64,000 nucleotides of DNA, from NCBI GenBank assembly GCA_040377305.1, contig JBEIPA010000026.1, positions 1-64,000 on the forward strand, read 5' to 3'. This stretch comes from Flavobacteriales bacterium. GTDB lineage: Bacteria > Bacteroidota > Bacteroidia > Palsa-965. The translations under genes were made by a program, and so were the position numbers. Shown one piece after another: positions 38,580-47,522 of the stretch; position 1 is the first letter of the stretch, and every line of letters starts with the position of its first letter. A model generated the notes under the pieces. The model had not been told where the DNA came from. It saw nothing but the letters and a program-made list of their open reading frames with translations, and ran no database searches.

Positions 38580-40232
38580 CTACCCAGGCTTACCGTGCCG
38601 CACCGAGCGTATATACATCCACGCTGCAAGGACAAGTCCTGCGATAAAGCCATATCGTGCAACCACGGGATCTTTGCCTGAAAAATAGAGCACCAGTGAA
38701 CTGATCATCACCAGTCCCGTTGTAATTCCTAATCCAACACTCACGCCAATAACGCGAAGTGTTTTCCTAAGTTGTTTGTCTTCACGAAGGCTCACCTCGT
38801 GAATGAGCTTGCCTTGCTTGAGTTTGAACATTATTTCACTTACGTCTCGTGGGAACTCACGTACCAACGTGGTGTAATCACTAAGCGTATCCATCATTGC
38901 AGAGAGAAAACGCTTCGGTGAAAACTTCATGCGCACAACATCTTTTGCGTACGGAACCAGAATTTCTGCCATGGAAAAATCAGGTTCGAGACGCATTGCG
39001 AATTTCTGAATGGTTGCAATTGCCTTGAGCAACATGTAAATGCTGGAAGGTATATGCAACTGATGTTTTACAATCAACGTTACACAATCGAGCATCACCG
39101 CAGAGATGTCTGTTTTATTTAGCGGCAGGTAGCTGTACTTGTTGATTACTTCTCTGACTTCGAAGCGGAGATCCTCTTCAAACTCGAAAAATTTCCTGTC
39201 CGATAACGTGAGTAGTGCATCTGCAATTTTATTCGGATTCTTCGTTGCGAAACCTAATGTAAAATCGGCGATAAACTGAATGTGTGCAGGACGAAGCACA
39301 GCTACCATTCCGTAGTCAATAAAACAAATTCTGTTGCCCGGCAGTATAAATATATTTCCTGGATGCGGATCGGCGTGAAAAACTCCGTGACGAAGAATCA
39401 TGGTAAGCATAATGTTGCAGCCGTTCTGCGCTATCATGTTGAGATCATAACCTTCCTCCTTCATTTTCTCAATCTCATCGGGAGTACGACCTATAATGCG
39501 CTCCATGATCAGCAATCGCTTCGTGCTGAAATCGGTGTACACTTTCGGTGCATAGAACGTTGGATCTTCTCTGAACAACTGAGTGAAACGCAGAATGTTT
39601 GATGCTTCGTTCTGGTAGTTAAGCTCTTTGATGAGCGTACCACTGAACTCGTCAACAAATCCAATCAGATTCATGGAAGCCAATTCCGGATAGCGTTTGA
39701 TCATCCGTGCGGCAAGAATTTTCATCAGTATCAAATCGATTTTGATCTTCGAAAAAATTCCAGGACGTTGAATCTTCACCACGACTTTTTCTCCATTGTG
39801 AAGAACACCGGTGTAAACTTGTCCGATGGATGCCGAAGCAATACACGTTCTGTCGAATTCGCTGAAGTAAACATGCAAGGGAGCACCTAACTCCTCCTCG
39901 ATCAGCTGCATGGCTTCTTCATCGTCGAAAGGACGTGCAGAGGTCTGTAGCTTTTTGAGCTCGCGTCGTAATTTTTCTGAAACGAGATCGGGGCGATCGG
40001 CGAGAATTTGTCCGAACTTGATAAATGTAGGTCCAAGATCTTCGATCAACGAACGGATTCTCCACTGCGTTGCTTTGGTCTGCGCTTCTTCATGCGTTTT
40101 AGCGCGATGAAAAAGTTTGTAAAAACGCGTGCGCGTGAACCAGTCAGCGAGTAATCCCATTGAAATCAACCAAAGGATTTCAACGAGTCGCTTAAACTTT
40201 TGTATAGTGAGTTTAATACTTCCGAACAGCAT
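38580..40232 (-). CDS. ABC1/UbiB (AarF) atypical kinase family protein
   Basis: LGPTFIKFGQ, ASASIGQVY, VVKIQRP, FHADPHPGN and IDYGMV motifs; two C-terminal TM segments. Confidence 0.93.
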   Translation of the reverse strand: MLFGSIKLTIQKFKRLVEILWLISMGLLADWFTRTRFYKLFHRAKTHEEAQTKATQWRIRSLIEDLGPTFIKFGQILADRPDLVSEKLRRELKKLQTSARPFDDEEAMQLIEEELGAPLHVYFSEFDRTCIASASIGQVYTGVLHNGEKVVVKIQRPGIFSKIKIDLILMKILAARMIKRYPELASMNLIGFVDEFSGTLIKELNYQNEASNILRFTQLFREDPTFYAPKVYTDFSTKRLLIMERIIGRTPDEIEKMKEEGYDLNMIAQNGCNIMLTMILRHGVFHADPHPGNIFILPGNRICFIDYGMVAVLRPAHIQFIADFTLGFATKNPNKIADALLTLSDRKFFEFEEDLRFEVREVINKYSYLPLNKTDISAVMLDCVTLIVKHQLHIPSSIYMLLKAIATIQKFAMRLEPDFSMAEILVPYAKDVVRMKFSPKRFLSAMMDTLSDYTTLVREFPRDVSEIMFKLKQGKLIHEVSLREDKQLRKTLRVIGVSVGLGITTGLVMISSLVLYFSGKDPVVARYGFIAGLVLAAWMYIRSVRHGKPG

Positions 40233-40250
40233 AGTGGGGGTCTGAGCTTA

Positions 40251-40565
40251 TTACTGTTTCTGCGCTTCCCGCTCAGGAGGCTGCATTCTATTTTCAATTG
40301 CCGACAACTTGTCTGTAATTGCTTCAAGCTTTTTTTCAAGATCGCTTACGCCATTGTTAACACCGCGCGAGATTATATCAATCTGATTGAAACGTTGTCC
40401 CAGATCGAAAAAGAACTCGTACGCAAAGTCAAGCAGTTCGCGTTGGTCTTTTTCTTCAAGTCCATATCGGTCAAGAAGCGTGGTTAGGTGTCGATCAAAT
40501 CGATCACGATCCTTTGTTCCATAAATCAGTACGAAACTCAGCAGAGATCGGGTGATATCTTTCAT
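40251..40565 (-). CDS. Small coiled-coil protein (phasin-like partner of the ABC1 kinase)
   Basis: 104 aa from ATG 40565; C-terminal heptads (VSDLEKKLEAITDKLSAIENR); 18 bp upstream of the kinase. Confidence 0.6.
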   Translation of the reverse strand: MKDITRSLLSFVLIYGTKDRDRFDRHLTTLLDRYGLEEKDQRELLDFAYEFFFDLGQRFNQIDIISRGVNNGVSDLEKKLEAITDKLSAIENRMQPPEREAQKQ

Positions 40566-40670
40566 ATCTAAGGTTACGAGGAAAAAGCGCGCAGTGTGGA
40601 GAAGATTCGACGCTTCGACCCAAAGTGGGGATACTTGGTTATCGTTCCAGGTTCTTGGTTCCTGGCAAGT

Positions 40671-40711
40671 AAAAACAAAAACAGGAACCAGATTTCTCCA
40701 GTTCCTGTTTT
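40671..40711 (-). terminator. Intrinsic terminator
   Basis: Minus strand AAAACAGGAACTGGA-GAAA-TCTGGTTCCTGTTTT followed by TGTTTTT. Confidence 0.8.
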
Positions 40712-40927
40712 CGCAGTTAACCAATCCCGATTGCCCGGGTCCAATTTCAAGTTGACAAGCCTCAGTAAGCTTTCTCCGAAGGAGTCCTTGGGACAAAACC
40801 AACCACTGTCAGACGGGAGATGATAGACGATAGACGGGAGTAAAAGTTTGACCTTTTACCCCCGTCATCGTTATTAACCAAAAATCACAGTTGACAAGCA
40901 TCGGCAAGTTTTCAAAACCAACCACGG
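40671..40927 (-). ncRNA. Candidate small RNA with a duplicated GUGGUUGGUUUUG..GCUUGUCAACU..UUGGUUAA motif
   Basis: Two motif copies (40717-40806 and 40874-40925), each followed by a hairpin; ends in a terminator. Confidence 0.35.
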
Positions 40928-41027
40928 CAAAATTGAACACCGCCGAAGCTTGCAACTATTCCTGGGGTGTCGTTAGTTGAGAGTCACAGAGTCGAACTCA
41001 CGTCTCTAGCCCACCGACCCCATATCT

Positions 41028-42050
41028 TTAAACAGCTTCCGGCTGCTCCGTTTTCGCTTTTACGCCTTCGCGGATTTGACCTTCAATGCGTTCCATCAGA
41101 TCCGGATTGTCGGCGAAGAGTTGTTTCACCGCATCGCGACCTTGTCCAAGTTTCGTTTCTTCGTAAGAGAACCAGCTTCCGCTTTTCTTGATGATGTTGA
41201 GTTCAACTCCAATGTCGATGATCTCACCCACTTTAGAAATTCCTTCACCGAAGAGAATATCGAATTCTGCTGTGCGGAAAGGTGGAGCAACTTTGTTCTT
41301 CACCACTTTCACACGTGCACGGTTTCCTGTAGCCACTTCACCATCTTTGATCTGACCCGCACGACGAATATCGAGACGTACAGAAGCGTAGAACTTCAAT
41401 GCGTTACCACCCGTAGTAGTTTCCGGGTTACCGAACATCACACCGATTTTCTCACGAAGCTGGTTGATGAAAATACAGCACGTCGCTGTTTTGCTGATCG
41501 TACCTGTGAGTTTACGAAGCGCTTGTGACATCAAACGAGCCTGAAGACCCATTTTCGATTCACCCATTTCTCCTTCGATTTCTGCCTTCGGCGTAAGAGC
41601 CGCCACAGAGTCAATTACGAGAATGTCTACTGCGCCTGAACGGATAAGGTTGTCGGCGATTTCAAGGGCTTGTTCTCCATTGTCTGGCTGGGAGATAAGC
41701 AGGCTGTCGATATCGACACCCAGGCGTTGTGCATAGAAGCGGTCGAATGCATGTTCTGCATCAATGAAAGCTGCAATTCCACCAGCCTTTTGTACTTCAG
41801 CGATCGCGTGGATTGCCAATGTGGTCTTACCGGATGATTCTGGTCCATATATTTCGATTACTCTCCCTTTTGGGTAGCCGCCTACACCCAGAGCAATGTC
41901 GAGGGTAAGTGATCCGGTGGGAATGATTTCCATTTGCTCAACTGGGCTGTCTCCCAGTCGCATGATTGTGCCTTTTCCGTAAGTCTTGTCGAGTTTGTCG
42001 ATCGTTAGCTGAAGGGCTTTTAGCTTCTCTTTGTTTACTTCTTTGCTCAT
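41028..42050 (-). CDS. recA: Recombinase A
   Basis: [44 protein letters not shown] and GGNALKFY motifs. Confidence 0.99.
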   Translation of the reverse strand: MSKEVNKEKLKALQLTIDKLDKTYGKGTIMRLGDSPVEQMEIIPTGSLTLDIALGVGGYPKGRVIEIYGPESSGKTTLAIHAIAEVQKAGGIAAFIDAEHAFDRFYAQRLGVDIDSLLISQPDNGEQALEIADNLIRSGAVDILVIDSVAALTPKAEIEGEMGESKMGLQARLMSQALRKLTGTISKTATCCIFINQLREKIGVMFGNPETTTGGNALKFYASVRLDIRRAGQIKDGEVATGNRARVKVVKNKVAPPFRTAEFDILFGEGISKVGEIIDIGVELNIIKKSGSWFSYEETKLGQGRDAVKQLFADNPDLMERIEGQIREGVKAKTEQPEAV

Positions 42051-42176
42051 AGCGCGTGATAAATTAAAAATTGATAGATAAAATTTGATTCTTAAAGTTA
42101 CGTGTTGTGTCCTGCTTATCTGTCAGAGAGTTCACAATCACCGTGGTTTGTTAATAATGTTTGATTGTCGACAGTG

Positions 42177-42226
42177 CAAACATATACACGGAAAAAGTAC
42201 CGTGCAGAAAAAACTACAAAATTTAG
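42177..42226 (-). promoter_or_regulatory. recA promoter region with palindromic candidate operators
   Basis: TATGTTTG box at 42177-42184 (minus), CACGG-N8-CCGTG at 42187-42204 and CTAC-N5-TTAG at 42214-42226. Confidence 0.5.
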
Positions 42227-42300
42227 CCAAGATTACTAAAGAATGGAATTAGATGGTTGATTTTGTGGCGATTAGAGTTATTAACAATGAAGGGAAATTC

Positions 42301-42418
42301 AAGCCTGCAAGGGTTTAGCTCCTGCAGGGTTGGGTAAAGCAAACGCTGCAAGGGTTAATCCCTTGAAGGGTTACGCGCGCGCGTATAACCCTGCAGGAGT
42401 TAAACGCTTGCGGGGTTA
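42301..42418. repeat. Cluster of three about 31-bp REP-like palindromes (AACCCTGCAAGGGTT family)
   Basis: Copies at 42301-42331, 42342-42372 and an inverted copy at 42386-42418. Confidence 0.8.
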
Positions 42419-42439
42419 TACGCCCTAATAAACATCAGC

Positions 42440-43174
42440 TTAACGCTTTTTCTTCACCAACTTCTTGATGTTGCGATGACGCACGCGCTTATACGTGTAG
42501 CCATCACCTGTTTCAACCATGTCTATTCGGCGATCAATCAGCCTGATTTCTTTTCTGTTGATTTGGCGGAAGCTGTACTTTCTGACTGACCCCGCTTCTA
42601 TCGCTACATGACCGGATCTCGGATTAGGTAAAAGATAAACGGTTAATGAGTCGTACGCGTCCACTTCAATCTGCTTCCGAAAATCATCATAGCCAGGAGA
42701 TCGAATGTGAAATTTTAGCGTATCAACCTCTTCGTCAAAAGGTATTTGCAGTTTGCCATCGAAATCAGTTGTAACATTCCTGATGCTTGTGTCTCCAACA
42801 ACCGAATAAGAAACCGCAGCGAAGGGAATCGGAATCTTGTTTTCATCTCTTAACAGCAGCGTGAATGTGTTATTCAACTCAGCAGAGTCTCTTCGGGCAT
42901 AACAAAACACGGCGGATGTATATGTTTCGGAATTGGCCGATTCAAAACGCAGTTTCAACCGCCCAAAACGAATTGTATACGTTCCGTTCCCGTATTCACC
43001 ACCAACATCGTAGTGCGATTCGTAAGTAAACGATCCATCCTTCCTGAATTGGTAGTCTGCTCCACCCCAACCTTCTCCAAATGATTCGTAATAATCGCCG
43101 CTGATCGTCTTGCACGACGTGCAGAATACTACGAAGCATGCATAAAGAAATATTAATCCAGTTCTTCCTTTCAT
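42440..43174 (-). CDS. Hypothetical lipoprotein with a carboxypeptidase-regulatory-like segment
   Basis: Lipobox TSC; PIPFAAV...TTDFDG...GY; paralogue of 43171-43842. Confidence 0.7.
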   Translation of the reverse strand: MKGRTGLIFLYACFVVFCTSCKTISGDYYESFGEGWGGADYQFRKDGSFTYESHYDVGGEYGNGTYTIRFGRLKLRFESANSETYTSAVFCYARRDSAELNNTFTLLLRDENKIPIPFAAVSYSVVGDTSIRNVTTDFDGKLQIPFDEEVDTLKFHIRSPGYDDFRKQIEVDAYDSLTVYLLPNPRSGHVAIEAGSVRKYSFRQINRKEIRLIDRRIDMVETGDGYTYKRVRHRNIKKLVKKKR

Positions 43175-43842
43175 TGTGATCTGTACAGATAATCGGTGGT
43201 CGAATGCCGGGCAGAATCCAAACCAATGTATTCGCGCTTAAGTCTTATCTCCTTTTTCGATATTTTTTTCACAGCGTAAGCATGGCGGCTTCCAGCTCGA
43301 ATTACAAAAATCGAACTACTCATTTTCACTTTCACATTGTAATCTGCAGGTGAATTAAAGGTGATACGCACTGGAACCAGACCCGTTAATCGACATTCTA
43401 TCGTGACAGGAAAATCGGTGTTGGCTATGTGAAGAGTTGCAACACCATTCATTGCCGTAACAGAACCTGCAGTATTCCAGCCCGCTGAGTTTCGTCCTGT
43501 CACTACTGCAAAGGGAAGACCTTCTGAATTATTCAGGCACTGTACCGTAAATACACAAGTGTCGCCTTGACAACCTGCAGAGTCTGCGCTCATGATCGCC
43601 CCCTTCATCATGTCCAGTGAATCATACCATAAAATCAAAGAATCTTTCGTGAGCTGATAATGGCCAACACCTGTATCTCCGGTCATGCACGACCAACCTC
43701 GGGTTTCAAACGTGGAGTCGGTTTTAAAATAGTAGCAGTTGCCAACCAAATCCATGTTCGTGCAATAGCTTGTCCCTGCGAGGCTCCTCTCACGACAGGC
43801 AACAATCGAAACCATCAGAATCAGCAAGGCAATAACTCTCAT
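43171..43842 (-). CDS. Hypothetical lipoprotein, paralogue of 42440-43174
   Basis: Lipobox VAC; LPFAVV...TAMNG; shared AGS...KEIRL C-terminal motif; 4-bp overlap. Confidence 0.7.
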   Translation of the reverse strand: MRVIALLILMVSIVACRERSLAGTSYCTNMDLVGNCYYFKTDSTFETRGWSCMTGDTGVGHYQLTKDSLILWYDSLDMMKGAIMSADSAGCQGDTCVFTVQCLNNSEGLPFAVVTGRNSAGWNTAGSVTAMNGVATLHIANTDFPVTIECRLTGLVPVRITFNSPADYNVKVKMSSSIFVIRAGSRHAYAVKKISKKEIRLKREYIGLDSARHSTTDYLYRSQ

Positions 43843-43875
43843 ATTCTATTGACGAAAAGCGGTATGAATTTCCAC

Positions 43876-43904
43876 AAAAAAAGTCCCGACTCTTACATCG
43901 GGAC
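43876..43904 (-). terminator. Intrinsic terminator
   Basis: GTCCCGA...TCGGGAC stem followed by T7 on the minus strand. Confidence 0.75.
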
Positions 43905-43929
43905 CAAATTCTATTCGTTGAACTATTTA

Positions 43930-44892
43930 CTAATGCGTCACCGAGAAGCGAACTGTTGATTTGTTCTCTCCTGATTCCGCAGTAAGGAAATAGCAACCTG
44001 CAGAAAGTTCTGCTGTGCTGATTTCAATCATCGTAGCGTAGTTGTACGACTCGCGACGAACAACCGCACCAGTGATGTCTGTGATCGTAACGAACAACTG
44101 ATCGTTTGCTCCTGTGAAGTTGCTCTTCAACGTGAGTACATCGTTCGCAGGATTTGGAAATGCAGTTAACGTTTCGAGGGTTACACCATTGTCAATGCTG
44201 TTTCCGAGTTGTGCGTCGACCATCACATCATCAATACAGAATCCAGGATCTGAAGCAGATGTAGTCTGGTTATTCACAAAACGAAATCCGAAACGAATCA
44301 TTTGGCGGTTATCGAAATTCGAATCGTAAAACGACTGCTGCTGCCATGCGCTGCTATTATTCAGATATTGGCCAGAACCTGCTGTCCATGTCATACCGCC
44401 GTCAATGCTGTAATACACCTCACCGTAATTGTTCGCGCTACCGCCGCACAGCCACCAGAACGACAATGTAGTGTTCGAATAGCCAACCGTGCTGATGTCC
44501 GATGTCATGCGGGTGAAGTTCATTTCATTGAAATTGCAGAATCCATCAGATGCAGTAAAACAGGCTGCTGTAATTCCATCGGCATTCGCGCTGTCGGAAT
44601 TAATATGCATGTAATTACTCGTTGGTGCTCCAACAATGCCATTCGGTTGTTGTGCTGTGTTGCCCACTGAATAAGGAACAGCGAATGAAAGACAAGTGAT
44701 GGTTCCTGCACCTCCGGTATACGAGTTGTTAACCAGCCAGGAATTCACCCCGTTACTGGTACTGCTCATGTCCGTAGTGTTTAACGAAAATTGGTGAGAG
44801 CTCCCATTGAAATCCTCTGTAAAGAGATTCACCTGCGCACTCAAAGAAAATGTTGACAGCAAAGCTGCTGCAATAGGTAGAAGTTTTGTCAT
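43930..44892 (-). CDS. T9SS type A cargo protein (single beta-sandwich domain plus CTD)
   Basis: Signal peptide from ATG 44892; C-terminal AFPNPAND...LSAGCYFL. Confidence 0.85.
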   Translation of the reverse strand: MTKLLPIAAALLSTFSLSAQVNLFTEDFNGSSHQFSLNTTDMSSTSNGVNSWLVNNSYTGGAGTITCLSFAVPYSVGNTAQQPNGIVGAPTSNYMHINSDSANADGITAACFTASDGFCNFNEMNFTRMTSDISTVGYSNTTLSFWWLCGGSANNYGEVYYSIDGGMTWTAGSGQYLNNSSAWQQQSFYDSNFDNRQMIRFGFRFVNNQTTSASDPGFCIDDVMVDAQLGNSIDNGVTLETLTAFPNPANDVLTLKSNFTGANDQLFVTITDITGAVVRRESYNYATMIEISTAELSAGCYFLTAESGENKSTVRFSVTH

Positions 44893-45013
44893 GAAGTTGG
44901 TTTTGTTTGCATACCAAATATAACCTAATTCACTCCAAATCACTTGCACTTTTAACACCACAGTCGGAAACTTTTGATTCCCCTAAAATATTATATTTGA
45001 AAAAAACACCTGT

Positions 45014-45595
45014 ATGAAAGCTTACCTCCTGTTTGGATTGATGTTCTTGCTCACCCTAACCACCCTTTCTGCACAAAGCCAAACAATCGTTGTGAAGTTT
45101 AGTGGTGACACACTTTACTGCGATCAGGTGAATGCAGGTGGAAAAACGATCATCTGCAAAACCAAGGGCCAGGAAAAAATCAAGTTGCTTGCATCTGAAG
45201 TCAGCCACTACCTCGAACCCTCAAAAGTTACGGTAGTTGAAGAAGGTAAACCAACCATAGAGGTTGACACTTTCCAGAAAAGTTTCGTTCCTGAAGATGG
45301 AAAAATTCATACGGTTCTGATGGAAAATGAAGGCTATTATCTCACCTGCATTACTAAAACCATTGATGGAATGGAGTTCAATGATTTCTACGTCATGACC
45401 AAGAAGAATGTAGAAGTTCTGGAGATCAAAGAAACTAAGGTTGCACTTGATCAGTTAGTCAAATATTTCGGAGGAACTTGTCCGCAGTTCGATCTGCAGA
45501 TAGCAGCTGTCAAACCGAAGTTCGACAAGAAAATATTTCCCATCGGCGAATGGTGGGACCTTATCTACTACTACAACCACAACTGCAAAAACTGA
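45014..45595 (+). CDS. Hypothetical secreted protein
   Basis: Signal peptide ending LSA-Q; preceded by a TATATTTG box. Confidence 0.7.
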   Translation: MKAYLLFGLMFLLTLTTLSAQSQTIVVKFSGDTLYCDQVNAGGKTIICKTKGQEKIKLLASEVSHYLEPSKVTVVEEGKPTIEVDTFQKSFVPEDGKIHTVLMENEGYYLTCITKTIDGMEFNDFYVMTKKNVEVLEIKETKVALDQLVKYFGGTCPQFDLQIAAVKPKFDKKIFPIGEWWDLIYYYNHNCKN

Positions 45596-45607
45596 ACGTT
45601 CAGGTAA

Positions 45608-46330
45608 TCAGAACTGCAAATAATAATCCTTCGTCAATCCCTTATACTCATCGGTATATGAATGCCTCACTTGCGGATCTTTCTCCATCACCAGCGTTGA
45701 ATCCGAAATCTGCGGCTTCGGTTGAAATCCGAATTGCATCAGCCAGCGCTTTTCAATTTTATCCGGAGTAGATTTCACTCGCATTATTCTGCGCAGATGT
45801 AATCCGTTTGCACCTGCAAGCTGAACGAACTGCTCACCTTCTCGCACCGGAAGAATCACATAGAGCTTCCCTTCCTTGTTCAACAGTTTCTTTACACCCT
45901 GAATCAAATCTTCAAACGACAACAAGACTGTATGTCGTGCGGTAGTTCTGTTGGATTCCGTAGACTGCAGTGAATCTTTGAAGTATGGCGGATTACTTAC
46001 AATGAGATCGTACTGTTCGTCTGTAATCTTCGCAAAATCCTGCAGTGAAATATTCTGCACATGCACGCGTTCCTTCCAGGGACAATTCTGGGCGTTTTCT
46101 TTCGCCTCGCAAGCTGCATCAAGATCAATATCGATTGCATCAATGTGAGCTCCGCTTTTCTGAGCAAGCATTAAAGCAATTACGCCTGTTCCGGTTCCGA
46201 TGTCGAGTGCTTTGCGAACGCCGTAGGTCTTTACCCAGGCACCCAGCAATACAGCGTCCGTACCGACTTTCATCGCACACTTGTCTTGTGTAATCGAAAA
46301 CTGTTTGAACGCAAAAGTGTTTTGCGGCAT
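45608..46330 (-). CDS. tRNA1(Val) (adenine37-N6)-methyltransferase family
   Basis: FAFKQF, MKVGTDAVLLGAW, LDIGTGTG, SNPPYF and ARH motifs. Confidence 0.92.
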   Translation of the reverse strand: MPQNTFAFKQFSITQDKCAMKVGTDAVLLGAWVKTYGVRKALDIGTGTGVIALMLAQKSGAHIDAIDIDLDAACEAKENAQNCPWKERVHVQNISLQDFAKITDEQYDLIVSNPPYFKDSLQSTESNRTTARHTVLLSFEDLIQGVKKLLNKEGKLYVILPVREGEQFVQLAGANGLHLRRIMRVKSTPDKIEKRWLMQFGFQPKPQISDSTLVMEKDPQVRHSYTDEYKGLTKDYYLQF

Positions 46331-46399
46331 AAAGAAGGGTTATGTCTAAGATAAGAATATTCCAGACGTAAGTGCTTCGTTCCAGCCTACCTTTGAAGT

Positions 46400-46903
46400 G
46401 TGAAAAGGACCATCTCTGCATTGCTCTCCAATATTTCTTTATCCGACCATACATCGCGACTGAAAGTTGGAGACCCCGCACCTTCATTCGCCGGCATTGA
46501 TCAGGATGAGAAGTCGATTTCACCCGAACAGTTTCAGGGCAAAAAAGTCGTGCTGTACTTCTATCCCAAAGACGACACAATCAGCTGCACGGTTGAAGCC
46601 TGTGATTTACGGGATCACTACTCACAGCTTCTGAAAGCGGGTTATGTTGTAATCGGAGTTAGTCCCGATGATCACGAATCACACAAACGTTTTCGCGAAA
46701 AGTATCACCTGCAGTTTCCATTGATTGCCGACACCGATCTCCGGATTTCCAAAAGCTATGATGTGTGGGCAAACAAAAAACTGCTCTGGAAGAAATTCAC
46801 CGGAATGGTTCGCACCACCTTTGTAATTGACGAGCAAGGTAAAATCGCAAAAGTGATTTCAGATGTGCAGTGCGGACATCACGCGAGACAGATTTTGGAA
46901 TAA
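46400..46903 (+). CDS. bcp: Thioredoxin-dependent peroxiredoxin BCP/PrxQ
   Basis: YFYPKDDTISCTVEAC (PxxxTxxC), GVSPD and RTTFVID motifs. Confidence 0.9.
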   Translation: MKRTISALLSNISLSDHTSRLKVGDPAPSFAGIDQDEKSISPEQFQGKKVVLYFYPKDDTISCTVEACDLRDHYSQLLKAGYVVIGVSPDDHESHKRFREKYHLQFPLIADTDLRISKSYDVWANKKLLWKKFTGMVRTTFVIDEQGKIAKVISDVQCGHHARQILE

Positions 46904-46910
46904 ACGCGCG

Positions 46911-47453
46911 TTATTCTTCTTCGTCCGATTTCTTTAGATAAATATCAATCAACCCTTCCGGTGCTTTCACATAGAGAACCTTCTCCTTGCGGTCGACTTT
47001 CTGGATGATGTGTTCTGTGATCGGAATCAGAATTTCTTCGTAACCCTGCTTGATAATCACAACCGGTTGCACGGAACGTTCCATCACTTCCTTCACAACC
47101 CCAATTTCTCCATGCACTTCATCGATCACTTTGAATCCCGGAATTTCGTGGAAGTAGAATTGCGTAGCGGTGAGTTTTGGAAGTGCTGAAAGCGGAAGCA
47201 TACACGTTGAACCCACGAACTTTTTAGCGTCTTCGGGATTGTTTGTGCCATTGACTTTAATCACCAATTCCGTTCCGCGCACAATGGCCTGTGTGAGTTC
47301 CACCGTATTCTGTTTCCCGTCCTTCACAAGCACCAATGTATCCAGTCCTTTGTAACGCGCAGGTGAATCTACATCAAGCAGAATTCCCATTTCGCCTTTA
47401 ATTCCGATTACGCGGCGCACATATCCGATTGAATAAAATTCTTTGAGATCCAT
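46911..47453 (-). CDS. rimM: Ribosome maturation factor RimM
   Basis: GIKGE, FYFHEIPGFKV, EILIP and PEGLIDIY motifs. Confidence 0.92.
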   Translation of the reverse strand: MDLKEFYSIGYVRRVIGIKGEMGILLDVDSPARYKGLDTLVLVKDGKQNTVELTQAIVRGTELVIKVNGTNNPEDAKKFVGSTCMLPLSALPKLTATQFYFHEIPGFKVIDEVHGEIGVVKEVMERSVQPVVIIKQGYEEILIPITEHIIQKVDRKEKVLYVKAPEGLIDIYLKKSDEEE

Positions 47454-47522
47454 ATCACACAAAAGTAGTATTCCATGTCCGTAAGCTAAATTTTACTTTT
47501 GACCACCTAACCTGCTGATTCT

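Noticed and set aside
40566-40802. N-terminal extension of the 183-aa track ORF
   Set aside because: It runs through a terminator and repeats; ATG 40565 gives a coherent 104-aa protein.
40963-41021. tRNA-like sequence (GAGTTCGACTC) after recA
   Set aside because: No D or anticodon arm and no proper T stem; it folds as one long imperfect hairpin, probably a recA 3' structure.
42190-42201. GGA-N5-TCC type box upstream of recA
   Set aside because: The sequence is GGAAAAAGTACC; both the spacing and the right half-site do not fit.
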